The notes under the pieces were generated by a model. That model was not told where the DNA came from and did no database searches. It was given only the letters and a program-made list of their open reading frames with translations. Made by a program: the position numbers and the translations under genes. This document shows, one piece after another, positions 27,346 through 42,022 of a DNA stretch of 64,000 bases; positions within the stretch are counted from its first letter, which is position 1, and each line of letters opens with the position of its first letter. This DNA is from Eledone cirrhosa (lineage: Eukaryota), in contig OZ024749.1 in NCBI GenBank assembly GCA_964016885.1, forward strand, positions 24,738,001-24,802,000, written 5' to 3'.

Positions 27346-29139
27346 GTAGTTATTTGGCACTATCATTATTCTCCCATTCTAACTTGTTAGTACTAGTTAT
27401 TGTTGCTGACGCCGTCGTTATTATTTTCTAGGTTATTATATGTTCTAACAAATGCAACAACAACAACAAAAAATGAACGTAAACAATAAAAAAAATCAAT
27501 CAAACATATGGTTCTATCATTGATTAAATTCATTGATTATTTTTGGAGTTTCGTTTTATATTTTTAGTTTGCCATTTATACTTTCGTCATAACTTTCCCT
27601 TATTTCCAACGACGTTCTCGAACAAGTTCTCTATTTCAATATTCATATATAGAATAAATTTATATCTGTACATATATAATGGCAGGTGTATACTGGTAGC
27701 ATGTAACCAGGTAGAAGAAGAAAAAAGAAGACATATATAATACGAAGGTCAACTGTTACCGCGTATCTGTGTCTAAATGTACAAATAGAACATATTGAAA
27801 TGCAGGTATGTCGCCTGTACATATTTCTCCTAAAATGAAGACCATATGTGCATATTCCTTATCGGATTACATATCTAAACATATTCCGCACCAGAGAACT
27901 TGTACATCAAACAATCACAAGGAAATACGCCACATGCGACTTTAGAAAGTTTTGTACATATAGTAGAAATCACAAAAGGACGTACTGATATGCCTATATT
28001 TAGTGAAGGAATTAGCAGTTAATTTTAATATAAAAGAAATTGTGCACTAAGCTAATCGAATTTTACGTTACATCCATACGAAGTTCAGAGTTTTACTACA
28101 TAGGTCTGTATGTAAATCTACACGTGGAAGTTTTGATGGGCTTCTGTGAATAATTCAACACAAATTTTCAGATAACTATAAAGGTATCGAATGACCAACG
28201 AAATAATATCTCTACATTCGTAGTAGCTAAACATAATTGTACGGTAATATCTGTGAAAGGGAAGTATTAACGATAGTCGCTTCACCCAGTTGGAATATTT
28301 ATGATTATTTATATGTCTGTTCGATAAGGAGTTAAAGAACAAGAAAAAGAAACTGATCATGCATTGTTTTCCACTTATAAAATGAGGCAACATCCATGAG
28401 AGAGAGAGAACTAGAACGAGTGAGTAATACTTAAGAATTTATTGGTTGATTTTGCAATGTAGTGAAGCGTAAAGGACGTTCTCTTCAGACGAGGCAAAAC
28501 GTATGGAAGGGGAATTACGTCATTAAGTATTTATTTAACAAATAGAAGGAATTTAATATGTAGGCAAACTTTAAGAAAAAGAAAGTAGTCTTGCAAAAGA
28601 CTATAAGTGAGAGGTAAAGTAGGGGAAGAACAAGGATTATTAAGGAAAGAAAAAAGGAGGAATGGGAGAGGTTGATAGTAAATATATGTAAGTCTTTCCG
28701 TATGTATTTTGAGCTATGATCATGACACGACTATCTAAGTAACGGTGTGAGAACACCACTTGTAGTATTTCCAGATCTATTAAAGTATCAGTGACGTTTA
28801 CACGTTCGGTAACGAGTTACGGAAGCTAATGCTACTTATACAAATAATCTGACAAGTACTACATTTACAAGGATTCTCGATAGCAAGTATTAAATAGATG
28901 TAACCTAAAATCATGATTGCCAGTAGAAACTATGTAAAAGCATATACAATATGTACGACAATAATACATGCATAGGTATTGCTGTGATCAATGCTGGACT
29001 TACACATAATCTACATAAAACATAGCTTCGGGCAAAACACCCTCGGGGTGCTCAATTTTAAAATTATATGTATATTTTATCTTGCATTTTTATTCATTAA
29101 CACTAAATCATAAAGCAATATATATAGAAAAACAGTCAG

Positions 29140-29260
29140 AACCCCGACGGCTGAGCTCCTGCCGCTTCGACAGCTAGTTCTCAACTGAGGTCTACTGCCC
29201 CATAGTATCGAGTAGTCTGGTGCGTTATGGTCCACTCGGTTCCCTACCACCCCTCCTTCG

Positions 29261-29263
<3 letters not shown>
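29140..29263. mobile_element. Family B element, head-to-head rearranged copy
   Basis: Left part is the minus-strand HHR 3' half; right part is the plus-strand tail ending ccttcgttata into (TA)n. Confidence 0.6.
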
Positions 29264-29318
<55 letters not shown>

Positions 29319-29323
29319 GTATA

Positions 29324-29461
<138 letters not shown>

Positions 29462-29467
29462 TATATA

Positions 29468-29575
<108 letters not shown>

Positions 29576-29625
29576 CTAGCATTGATATGCATCTGTATGT
29601 ATATAAATGTTACTAGATATAAATT

Positions 29626-29670
<45 letters not shown>

Positions 29671-29673
<3 letters not shown>

Positions 29674-29940
29674 TAAAATATATGATAAACACAAAACGTG
29701 TTTGCATTGCAACAGACAGTCAGCTACGGATTTGGGTTTCGAGGTTCTAATTCGTCTACAGAACAGGTTTGGATTTTGAAATTTAAATCTGTCCAGGAAC
29801 CATGGCAGTTGCCAATATAAGATTGTCTTTATTGACTTATATCGAGACAGACAAATTGTATTCACTTTAATTAGTTTATTTCATTAATATCTGTCTGTTG
29901 CAATGCAAACACGTTTTGTGTTTATCATATATTTTAATGT
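29671..29940. repeat. Inverted repeat element between (TA)n tracts
   Basis: 29671-29718 is the reverse complement of 29891-29938. Confidence 0.7.
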
Positions 29941-30030
29941 ATTTTAATGTATTTAACTGCTCGGAAATGACCCTTTCCTGGAGCTTAATTATTGTAAAGG
30001 ACTGAGAGCTTATTCTCAAAATATTATATA

Positions 30031-30181
<151 letters not shown>

Positions 30182-30354
30182 TTAAATATTTGTTTAGAGA
30201 AGGACGTCAGATGGTGAGTGTCCAGTTCTGCCTGTATTCATGTCACAGCTGCCCCACTAGTAGATTGAGAGCGGAAAATATTTTAGTATATCAGAAACAT
30301 AAACCTTATAGAGAAGACAAATTTAATCTAAAGTTGTCATTATTGTAAGCAAAG

Positions 30355-30540
30355 GGCGGTGGATTGGCAGTATCGGTAGATGGTCTGACGCTATGCTTTG
30401 CAGCAAAGAGTTACGCCCCTTTATGGTTTGAGTTCAAATCCCGCCGAGGTTAACTTTGCCTTTCATCCTTACGGGGTCGATAAAATAAAGTACCAGTAAT
30501 GCACTGGATAATTGCTGGCCTTGTGCCAAAAGTAGAAACA
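30355..30540 (+). mobile_element. tRNA-derived SINE, full length, with 16-bp TSD
   Basis: A-box-like tggcagtatcgg, B-box gagttcaaatccc, Nin-like core; TSD attattgtaagcaaag at 30339-30354 and 30541-30556. Confidence 0.9.
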
Positions 30541-31847
30541 ATTATTGTAAGCAAAGATGGTAGAGTAATTAGTATGTCCTCTATTAGTATTTCCCATATG
30601 ATTACAAGGGAAATGCAAGTTTCGGTTTTTATATTTACTAGATGAGTATAAGTTTCTCAAATATTTCAATATGATTCTTACATTGTCATATTCTTATGTC
30701 AGGCATTTTACAAATCGATTGCCTATAGCATAAAAGTTTTGCATCGGATTCTAAATCAATGATACGCAGTAAGCGAACCAATCATTTTCGATAGTGATTA
30801 TTATTTCCTTTGGTATTATCTGTAGGGCATCTATCTAGAACACAGAAACGGATTTATATATATTATGATGGCCAGGCTAGATGAAAACGTTTACGATTAC
30901 ATTTCTGTACGAATTCCTGCAGAACTGAAGCTTGATAGCCTAGAGTAACAATGAACAATTCTCAAATATCCGGACAGGAACATTTTTTTCTGTCATTCCA
31001 TTCACTGTTCCCGCAATCACGTTGTCACCAAGTGCTGTACAAAATTCGGCCCTTAAAAATATATTAATTTAGGACATCGTATTCGGTAATTTAACTCCTA
31101 AAATGAAAGCGTTTAAATATATATAAGGATACACTCAACATATATCTAAATGATAAAAATGATAGGAGCCCCTCTGGCGACACGATGTCCTTAGGCAAAA
31201 GCCAGCTAGATATATCATCTACATGATATTCAAATTATACGGTTTTATATTTTAAAAAAAATAGATATTGTATGACTTAGTATTAGATAACTAATATTCT
31301 TGGAAAAGATAGTAATGATATTTTTAGACCAGATCTGTTTTTATTTTAGTTTTCCTTAGTAATGACTAATATCAAAACTATATATTTGTTCACCGATATA
31401 TTGAATGAAACATTTCATATAATGCGCTTTTGAATCAAATAATCAAATATTACAGTCTTATATTATATAGCAGCGGGAATCCTTTAGTCAAGTTGAGAAT
31501 ATATCAGGCGACATATTTCTGTAGAAGCAATACATAACCGGTACGAACCCGAAAAAGGATTTTCATTTTCATTTAACTACGCTTCTGATCATTAGGAGGC
31601 TCAGCTAAACATTTATATGTTGACTATAAAGGAATGAGGCAAGTGCTTTGCAACCTTGCATGATTACCTTCAAATCTTCATATTAATAACTGCATTCTTT
31701 ATATCCAGGTATTTGATGAAAAGTATATCTCATTTAGTCATTCCTTAATAGTGTCTTAATGAATCTGCGAAAGCTTTCAGCCTATGATCTCTCTTAAATA
31801 ATCAGTTAAAATCTGCTGCAACCTTTTTTATTTTCCTACATATCAGA

Positions 31848-31937
31848 TAATTGTTTCTACTTTAGGCACAAGGCCAGCAATTACCCAGTGCATTACTGGT
31901 ACTTTATTTTATCGACCCCGTAAGGATGAAAGGCAAA
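31848..31937 (-). mobile_element. 5'-truncated SINE, same family
   Basis: Reverse complement of the SINE 3' half. Confidence 0.8.
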
Positions 31938-32370
31938 GAATGATACTCTATATTATGTGAAATAAAAATAGACTTTTCCTTCCGTAGCGTGCTTAGAAAG
32001 GACGTGTTTCTAGACAATGATTTAAAAGTCTCGTGTGTATTTGATGATGTTAAAAATTTGAACTGAATGTGATATGTAGAGGAAAGTATTATTACGATCT
32101 GACAGGTCTCCAATAATAAAAGAAAAATACACACACACTCACGCAGGCACACATAAACAAACACACACATATAAACCCCCACACACGTACATATAAATAT
32201 ATATAAATATATATATATATATATATGAATATATATATATATGTGTCTACATATATATATATATGAATATATATGTAGACACACTCATGTATGTATAGGT
32301 TTATGTATATATATATATATATTTATTTATATATATATATGGAAAAGAATGAAATGAAAAGAATGTACAG

Positions 32371-32415
<45 letters not shown>

Positions 32416-32682
32416 CATGCACACATATATATGTGTGCATGTACGTATATATATACAATCTACTGTACGTCTGTATACATATATGTATGTACGTATACAA
32501 CTTATATATACATATATGAATATATATGTAGACACACTCATGTATGTATATGTATATATATATATATATATACATACATATATGAATATATTTGTAGACA
32601 CACTTATGTATGTATAGGTTTATATATATATTTATATATATATATATGTATACATATATATATGTATATATGTATACATATG

Positions 32683-32755
<73 letters not shown>

Positions 32756-32766
32756 GTATATATATA

Positions 32767-32807
<41 letters not shown>

Positions 32808-32821
32808 ATATATACAATATA

Positions 32822-33952
32822 TAGAGAGAAACATATACATGCGGACACACATATAAATGAATATATCCACATATATCCCTGAGTTAGTGGTACCAACCTC
32901 AACCGATGTTGCTCTATGAATAACTGGGACAAACCAATCCGAATGGATTAGACTGATTCAGTATCAGTGCTATAAAGTACATTATGAAGAGAGAAGAAAC
33001 ATTAGACATAATTAGTAATAAGATATATCATACCTAGCTGTTTCTATAGTCCCCGACTACGTAGTTTCGTGGCATATTATGCAAAAACACTAGATCATAA
33101 ATATATAGAATCTTAGTGAGGTTCTGCCGACTTATCAAGGGGATATCTCATTAAGGATTTCAAAACACGTCTGCAATGCGCGAGATAGAATCTCGAAAAG
33201 GCGGAGGGAGAGTCAATCACGTGATACAGCGGTCAAGAAACAGAGCTAGGCTCATTATAACCCTGAAAAAAATACCACGGAGGCGGAGGGGGTATTCATA
33301 TCAAAGCCGTAGAAGAGGTGGTTTGAAGAGGCGAGAAGTATGAGTAATGGTAGCTATCCAGCTTTCACTACACTTCAAAGGTTACTCGACCGAAGGGAAT
33401 TATGAACAATATATATAGAGAAACACACAGATACATGCGGACACATACATATACATGAATATATCTACACATATCCTTGAGTTAGTGGTACCAACCTCAA
33501 GCGATGTTGCTCTATGAATAACTGGGACAAACCAATCCGAATGGATTAGACTGATTCAGTATCAGTGCTATAAAGTACATTATGAAGAGAGAAGAAACAT
33601 TAGATATAATTAGTAATAAGGTATATCATACCTAGCTGTTTCTATAGTCACCCACTACGTAGTTTCGTGGCATATTATGCAAAAACACTAGATCATATTC
33701 ATGTATAAGTATGTGTCCGCATGTATCTGTGTTTTTCTCTATATATATTGTTTCGAACTCCCTTTGGTCGAGTAACCTTTGAAGTGTAGTGACTGCTGAA
33801 TATCTACCATTACTCATACTTCTCGCCTCCTCAAACCACCTCTGCTACGGCTTTGATATGAATACCCCCTCCGCCTCCAAGGTATTTTTTCAGGGTTATA
33901 AGGGGCTTAGCTCTGTTTCTTGAACGCTGTATCACGTGATTGACTCTCCCTC
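32822..33952. mobile_element. ~600-bp-unit element (family E): ~1.5 tandem units (-) plus an inverted arm (+), degenerate HHR
   Basis: 32822-33099 is repeated at ~33417-33696; 33697-33952 is the reverse complement of ~33206-33460; minus strand atcccc UUGAUAA gucggca..ugccac GAAA cuacguag UC ggggac at ~33047-33147. Confidence 0.7.
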
Positions 33953-36900
33953 ATATATATATATACTCTTTTACTATTTTACCTGTTTCAGCCATCCGGC
34001 TGAGGCCATGCTGGGGCATCGGCCTTGTTGCTACACATTTTATCTCCAGCCTGTTTAGGTTGGCCACTGATGTAAGGGGGAGTTTGTTGCTGCTGCCCTT
34101 AGGTTTCCCTCGTTTTCTTGATGTGGGCTCATCCGGGATCCTAGATAACAATGTGTCGAGATGTTTCTTGAAGACATCCACCTCCACGCCATGCAAATCT
34201 CTCAGACCCCTCGGCAGCTTGTTGAAGAGTTGAGGGCCCTTGAATCCCAGGCTATTGCAATACCTGCTCCTTATTCTAGATGTGGAAGACGAGATCTTTG
34301 GCACCACACAGTGATGTCCTGTTCGACGGTTGGTCCAGCTCCCAATGTCAAAGTTTGGTGCTAGTCCCTCCATGATTTTCCACATGTAGATTACTGAGTA
34401 TCTCTCCCGTCTTCGTTCCAAGGAGTAGATGTTCAGTTCCTTTAGCCTCTCCCAGTAGCTTGTCTCCCTCATCTTGGCAATCCTCTTAGTGTAGCTTCGC
34501 TCGATTGCCTCAAGCTCCGTGGTTAGTTTGACACTATGGGGTGACCACAACTGGGAGCAGTAGTCCAGGCGGCTTAGGACAAATGTCCTCCATAGTGTCA
34601 ACATGGTGTCTCGATCTCTTGTCCGGAAAGTCCTCAAGATCTAGCCAGCGAGTCGTCTGCACATTGTCGCCACTTTCATGATGTGTGAAGAAAAAGATGC
34701 ACCATCGCTCATGTCTATGCCCAGGTCTCGTATCGATTTTGACACGGGGATATCGGTACCTCCTGGTCCTGTGTAGTTGTGTTGTACTATATTTGTGTTT
34801 GCAGATTTGTTTGGCGGTTTGTATTGTAGGGCTTGGAATTTGCCAGCATTAAACTGCATGTTGTTTTCTTCCGCTTATTTGTATATGGCATCCAGATCCT
34901 GCTGTAAAAGGGCAGCGTCAGCCAGGTTTTTGATTGCCTGTGTTACCTTAGTGTCATCAGCATAGCTAGTGAGGGATGTTGTTGTATGTACTACAGAAGG
35001 CATGTCTGAGAGAGCCAACAAAAACAGTAGTGGTCCCAGGACTGTCACCTGGGGCACCCCACTTGTTATCGGTGTTTCCCCCGAGAGGGCCCCATTTGCT
35101 GCGACTGCCTGGCTTCTGTCCTTTAGGAAGTCATGCAGCCACTCACCTACTTTTCCAGTTATGCCGAGTCCGTGTAGTTTGTGACCTATCGTTCCGTGGT
35201 AGACCTTGTCAAAGGCCTTCACAAAGTCAAGATATATCACGTCCACATGTGAGCTGTCTAGTAGTTGTTTCAGTACCCAGTCGTAGTGATGTAGCAGCTG
35301 TGTAAGGCAGCTTTTTCCTGGGCGGAAGCCAAGTTGCGTGCTAGTCACATTTTCCTCGAGGAAAGTGTTCAGTTTCTTTCTGACGACTCGCTCCATGACC
35401 TTACTGATATGCGACGTCAGGGAGACTGGTCTATAGTTTATGGCCTCCGCTCTGCTACCTTCTTTATGGATAGGGCATATTGTGCCTTCTTTCAGTCCCT
35501 GGGTAGTACACCGCTAGCCAAGGAGCTTCTGAAGAGCATCTTCAGTGGAGTTGCTAAGGCCCGCTTACATATTTTTAAGAGAACTGCTGGGAAACCATCA
35601 GGTCCAGCAGCCGAGTCTGTTCTAATTTCATCAATGGCGTACACCACATCCTCCACCGTTATATCTATGTGGTTGATCGTTGCCATTTCTTCATGTAGTG
35701 TTGTGGCATCAAAGAACTCCTCTGGCTTCGTTATTTGCATGTGCCTCAGTGGACATGTGAAAACACTTTTGTACTGTTTGTTCAGTATTCCACATATCTC
35801 TTGGGGGTTTTCGGTTAATGAACCATCCGGATGGAAGAGTGGCCCAATCTTGCAGCGTACTGAGGCAGTTTCTTTTGCAAATTTAAAGAAGGCATTAGGG
35901 TTTGTTTTAATGTTTTCTATGGCCCTGTTCTCTTTCTTTGCCCTCTCATTCTCATGGGAAAGCTTGAGTGTAATCTCAGTGCCAAGTAATGCACATTTCA
36001 TATAGGATTCCTTCTTGTTTTTGTTTTGTTGACTATTCAACTGCTTTAAGAGTTTGGTTCTACGTCTCATTAGGATTTTCCTATCTCTGGGAATAAGATT
36101 TTTGTGTCTGTTTGCCTCTTTCTCCGGGACAAACTTTTTGCATATAGTGTGTATCGTTTTGCATATAGTGTGTATGTCACGAAGTGTTGAAATTGTGTGT
36201 TACTGTCTTGTGTGGCGGTGTTTTCACAACATGTTTGCTTCTGGATTTCTCTCTTAATCTTTTTCCAGTTAGCCTTGTAGGAGTTAAGGCTGGATAACGT
36301 CACGGGGCTTCTTGGTGGTTTGTCTCTGTTGGTTCTCTTGGACCACATATCATTAGCTCTACTAAGTTGTGATCCGAGAGAATTGTTGGTGTCACCTTTA
36401 CATTGTGGATGAGCACTTCATTGTTTGTAAAACAGAGGTCCAGGACATTTTCGCCTCTTGTTGGGAGTAGTATTGCTTCCTCCATGAACAGCCTGTGTGT
36501 GAGGGCCAGCAGGGATTCCTTCTGACTCTGTTCTATCGACGTCATTCCAGGGAGGAGGTGGCCCTCAGGCCATTTGACCTTTGGTAGGTTGAAGTCTCCC
36601 AGCAGTAGAATGTTGAGACCCTGGTCCAGTTTGACAAGGACCTCTTCTATCCTACTTAGGCTATCCTCAAATTTACCCTCATGACTGGGGGCATCGGGCG
36701 GCCGATATCTGACACACATTACTGTCTGTAGTTGCTTCATATGTACTATCAGTGTGTCACAGACTGAGTTTGAATGTGTCAACAGTACAATTGGTGTGAC
36801 ATCTTCACTGATATACAGAGCAACCCCACTATGAGTTCTCTCCTTCCTGTCCGAACGAAATAGAGTATATTTCGGTATATGTATTTCTGCATCTGCTATA

Positions 36901-37097
36901 CTGCTAGTGAGGTGCGTTTCGGTTAGTGCCATGCATAATGCTTGATTGCCTATGGCTAAGTCTCCCAGGTAGGAAATTTTACTCATGTTACTGAGTTTCA
37001 CCAGGCCTCTGACATTCAGCAGCAGCACTGGTGTGACTTTTGGGGTGCAAGTAATGGCTGTCGGTATTACACCTGGTCTGGTGTCAGCGGCGGCCAC
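33951..37097 (-). pseudogene. LINE ORF2 (APE endonuclease + RT), broken by stops and frameshifts
   Basis: LNVRGL, LTETHL, YRPP, LGDFN, PTRGENVLDL, SDHN; AAGPDG; YLDFVKAFDKV, SGVPQ..LGPLLF, SYADDT. Confidence 0.9.
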
Positions 37098-39020
37098 TCT
37101 GGGTCCCTTAGATGTGGTGATCTCGAGTGCTGGTGTGGGTGATCCTGGCTCTGGAAACGATGCTGCCAGGTCAGCTTTCCCACAATCTTCTCTGCCATCA
37201 CTAAAAATGTATTCTGCACTGCTGCTGCCATCTGTATCTCGTCGGCATGTGCGTGCCTTCTCCTTGTTGGTCTGGCACGCGCGACATCAGCATATTTCTG
37301 TAGTGGCTTATTTCGGCTTTGGCTGGGGCATATTGCGCGAGTAGGATGGGCATATTTCGTTTGAGACCTGGGGTGGGCGAATCTGCATCCCATCCCTGTC
37401 TCTCCATACCAGCAGGTCCCGTTCTTGAAAAACTTGCACATTACTTGGGTTTTATTGCTCCCAACGTATCGGTGCTTTCTGTTCTTCCTTTGAACATTTG
37501 TCCACTGGCCCCTCTGCGCTTGGTTCTCCTTCGGAAGGTGATTTCGCTTTTCACCGTTACCTTTTGCTTGTTGGTTGCCCGGCCTGCCCTCCCTGACTGT
37601 GGCGGAGGGTATCTCATTTTCTTTCGGGTCCGTGCTTGTGCTCTCCTCCTTTTCTTTTTCTTTCTCTTTCTCCTCTTCCTTCTCTTCGGTTTTCTCCTCC
37701 CTGAGGACACGGCTTAGCATCGCCATATGTGGCGCTATGAGGACATACGCCTTCTCAATTTATTTTCTCTTTCTCTCTATCTGTGCCAGTGTCCTCAGAA
37801 ACCCATGGCTTTTCAGGTTCTCCGCCATTGTTTTGCTTGGTGGAGACCCATCAGCCATGGTCCACCCCTTGATCAAAACCGCTAGTTCCATCTTTGACCA
37901 GTTTCGCTGACTCCTAATTTCACATTTTTCCTTTATGCAATCCATTTCGCTGTGGAGGGGAGAAAGAGAGATAGTGCGAAGTGTAGGGTAGAGGTTAGAG
38001 AGGGACAGAGGGAGGGAGGGAGGTATAAGTCCAGTGAGAAATTTAAGGAGCGATTTAGAGGAATAGAGAGAGAGCTTGTCCGATCTAGAGAGAGAGAAAA
38101 AGAAAAAGAAACAGAAGAAAAGAAAGGGGAGAGAGACAGAAGAGAGGAGCGAGAGAGATAACGGGAAGTGTGGGGGGAAAGGTTAGAGAGAGAGAGAAAG
38201 GAGATAGATAAGTCCGGTGAGAAAGTCAAGATGCGATTTAGAGAGAGGGGGGGGGGGAGCTCGTGTGATCTAGAGAGAGAGAGAGAGAGAGAGGAAGGAA
38301 GGAGAGAGACAGAGACAGCGTGAGAAATAGCAATTCAGAAAGTGAGAGAGCGGTCAAAGAGAACTAAAATATTAGTAATAAATATCGTTCAAAGAATATT
38401 TCGCGATTAAAAAACCAAAACAAAGTGAATATGAAATGATATGCACATGAAATATAAAGGAGACAGAATAAGTTAAGATAAAATAAAATAAAATAAGATA
38501 AATGAAACACAAAAAGTTAAAGATATAGAAACACGATGTAAGTTGTATCTTATATAAGTTTAATTCAAATGTTTGTTTACAAATATAAATAACGGGAACC
38601 GTATAGATTGACCATAGTTATTGTAATATCAATATATCAAACAACAGACAACAAACACACATGCTCTCCGATTCAAAAACAAATAAAATTATATTAAATT
38701 AAATTATGTTACTCAGAAAAAACAAAATAATACAAGATCTACTTAAGTTAAATTAAAATTAAATTACGTATACTCTGTATGGTAGTCAAAGAAAAATAGA
38801 AAGGACGATATCACACAGTAAAAATAAACATGTTTAAAACGCTAATATATGTCAAAATAATTGCGTCAAAGGACAAAAGTGATCTTTTTGTATGTTTTCC
38901 TTGTCTTCTGAAAAAATAAAGCCATACATAAAACCGATTACTGTCGATTTAAAGTTTTAAAATTTAAAATTTCAAATCTGGACGTTCAACAATTCACGTC
39001 CGTACCAACAAATTGCCAAG
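33962..39020 (-). mobile_element. Near-full-length non-LTR retrotransposon of the CR1/L2 group, degenerate
   Basis: ORF1-like region with CCCH finger, APE endonuclease, RT with YADD, CR1-type C-terminus LDYCSQLWSP..SYWERLKELNIYSLERRRER; 5' boundary approximate. Confidence 0.88.
37067..37945 (-). pseudogene. LINE ORF1 remnant with CCCH zinc finger
   Basis: CKFFKNGTCWYGETGMGCRFAHP directly upstream of ORF2; split into 37760-37945 and 37067-37726. Confidence 0.65.
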
Positions 39021-39031
39021 CCTATATATAT

Positions 39032-39143
39032 ATAACGCACCAAAGTACTCAATACTTAGGGTAGTAGAGTGGGTAATAGGAACGAGTAGGACCCCGACGG
39101 CTGAGCTCAAGCCGTTTCGACGGCTAATTCAGTCCAGAATTAG
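39032..39143 (-). mobile_element. Family B fragment
   Basis: Matches 1580-1690; breaks at the agtccagaattag hairpin. Confidence 0.65.
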
Positions 39144-39750
39144 TGCAATGCATGTGTGCATTTATGTATGTGTGTGTGTCGGCACGTTTATATCTATAGA
39201 CATCAAAAGGTATGCAAATTTGTGTATATTTGTGTTGCACCATAGGACATGTGTGTTTACGTATGTCATTGTGTTTATATGTGGGTAGAGATGTATGCTG
39301 ATGTAGGTATGTATGTTGACATGTGTATGTTGTGGGTTCGTCTTAGGGAGAAGTGTTTAGACGGGGTCCGTATTTGTTAATAAATTTGCATACCTTTTGA
39401 TGTCTATAGGTATAAACGTGCCGACATACACACACATACATAAATGCACACATGCATTGCACACTGATGGGCACATACATATTTGTGCACAGGTATTCCA
39501 ATACGGCAAGGCCTAATGAATTCCCTTTGCAGTACGTACAATCTGGACACACTCCAGATACATATTTGTCCACAGGTATACAATTTCTGGACACACTCCA
39601 GATACATGTGTACAATTTGTGCACAGGTATACAATTTGTGCACGGGTATACAATTTCTGGACACACTCAAGATACATATTTGTGCACGGGTATTCCAATA
39701 CGACAAAGCCTAATGGATCACCCTTGCAGTACGTACAATCTGGACACACT
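39143..39750. repeat. Inverted repeat (39143-39220 / 39382-39461) followed by a degenerate ~20-40-bp minisatellite
   Basis: Recurring tacaat(t)ctggacacactc and atttgtgcacaggta modules. Confidence 0.7.
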
Positions 39751-39985
39751 CACACACACCTTGGTATTATGCCAATACTATATATCATTTGACACCTTTT
39801 ATTATTAAGGTTTTTGATGTTCTATTGAGAGAATCGATTTTACTGAAAATATCGAATAATGTACACCATTTTAACAGAAATAGATACTGATCCACCCACA
39901 CACACAGACACACATACATTCTCTCTCACACACACACACATATATACACACACACATACACACGCGTACATTAACATACAAAGAG

Positions 39986-40021
<36 letters not shown>

Positions 40022-40702
40022 ACACACACACACACTTCTCCGTATAAGACAAGAGCTGAAAAAATATCTTTTAACATGTTAAAATATCCCCCACACACAT
40101 ACAGACACATTCCTACTGACCATCCCTCTACCACGAATTACTCTGCTACACACACACGCACACACACATGTCTTAATATGCATTTGAACTGTCAACAGGT
40201 TGCGGTTCGTACACAGATCCCTGCTGACCATTATCACAACAACGAACCACTTTACTACTACTACACACACACACATATTTGTTGTGAAAGACTTATCTCT
40301 CAGTCAGCCGACACAAACCTACATTTGGCGCAAAATCAATTTTTTACATTCACATGACTCTACCGACCAATCAAAATTGTTTTTGACCAAAATAATTTTT
40401 GCAACAGAAATTGGCGCAAAACTTATTTTAATACCGCTCGAGCCACTTTTTAAACATAAAAACAGGTAGAATTACCAAAACTAATCCGATCAGAGCAAAA
40501 CATCACGGACGCTCTATTTCAATATTATTTTTGAAAAGCATTAGAAAACAGAAACCGGTAAGACTTTAAACCAAAACTTAATACTAACCAATAGTATAAC
40601 TAATTATCACTTATTCCTAATTAAACTATTTTTCACTGTGAACAATTTATCAGCATTTTCTATTCCGTTTACCAAAACTTGTGTGTTACACCTCTATTCT
40701 TT

Positions 40703-40762
<60 letters not shown>

Positions 40763-40766
<4 letters not shown>

Positions 40767-41196
40767 TGCTACTGTACGTCTGTATACATATATGTATGTA
40801 CGTATACATACATACTTACATTTAAGTAAGTGCCGTACTAAGAGTGAGAAATGAAATTTCGTTTTCATTCTCTTACAACTTATCGTTTTCGGTGCGCCTG
40901 GCCGACTGAACTCACTCGATATGCAAATTAGGCTGCTCAGCCATTAATGTTCATAAGGAAAGTATATACTTTCGAACGTTCAACCATCTGTCAGAAGGGT
41001 ATACGGTGCTGATGATAGCTAAGAAGCTTGAAACTAGTACATCGTTCCTGTGTCAGTGTTGAACAAAAAGGTGACGTGGTTGCCTTAACACCGTACGGCA
41101 TAAATTCAGGCTGTTCAGTTTGTTTACAAACGAACAAAGCGGGCGTTATAATAAGCGTCCGCTAAACTGATACGTACATATATGTATGTGTACCTG

Positions 41197-41242
<46 letters not shown>

Positions 41243-41687
41243 TGCTACTGTACGTCTGTATACATATATGTATGTACGTATACATGCATACTTACATTTA
41301 AGTAAGTGCCGTACTATGAGTGAGAAATGAAATTTCGTTTTCATTCTATTACAACTTATCGTTTTCGGTGCGCCTGGCCGACTGAACTCACTCGATATGC
41401 AAATTAGGCTGCTCAGCCATTAATGTTCATAAGGAAAGTATATACTTTCGAACGTTCAACCATCTGGCAGAAGGGTATACGGTGCTGATGATAGCTAAGA
41501 AGCTTGAAACTAGTACATCGTTCCTGTGTCAGTGTTGAACGAAAAAAAAAAAAAAAAAAAAGGTGACGTGGTTGCCTTAACACCGTACGGCATAAATTCA
41601 GGCTGTCAGTTTGTTTACAAACGGACAAAGTGGGCGTTATAATAAACGTCCGCTAAACTGATACGTACATATATGTATGTGTACCTG

Positions 41688-41731
<44 letters not shown>

Positions 41732-41784
41732 TGCTACTGTACGTCTGTATACATATATGTATGTACGTATACATACATACTTAC

Positions 41785-41788
<4 letters not shown>
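40763..41788 (+). mobile_element. Dimeric retrozyme-like element, ~476-bp unit (~2.1 copies), related to the 467-bp family
   Basis: HHRs at 41004-41044 and 41480-41520: cggtg CUGAUGA uagcu-aaga-agcuu GAAA cuag UA catcg; shares the tatgcaaattag block with the 467-bp unit. Confidence 0.85.
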
Positions 41789-41828
<40 letters not shown>

Positions 41829-41856
41829 ACATTTATATATATATATATAGGTATAC

Positions 41857-41902
<46 letters not shown>

Positions 41903-41905
<3 letters not shown>

Positions 41906-42022
41906 GGCGTGTAGCTGAGTGGTTAGAGAATTGGATTCACAATCTTGAGGTTGTGGGTTCGAGTCCTGGACCGGTCGATGCGTTATGTCCTTGAGCAAGA
42001 CACTTTATTTCACGTTGCTCCT
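41903..42022 (+). mobile_element. Second tRNA-derived SINE family (V-domain-like core), truncated
   Basis: A box tagctgagtgg, B box ggttcgagtcc, then gtccttgagcaagacactttatttcacgttgctcc; degraded relative at ~22959-23250. Confidence 0.75.

Noticed and set aside
26205-27431. 408-aa poly-His ORF and antisense Gly/Asp-rich ORFs
   Set aside because: (CAT/CAC)n simple repeat open in several frames; no domain or splice evidence
30190-30220. Possible micro-exon ttgtttag|...gatg|gtgagt; similar signals near 60105 and 60958
   Set aside because: Isolated splice-like motifs are expected by chance; no transcript or homology support available
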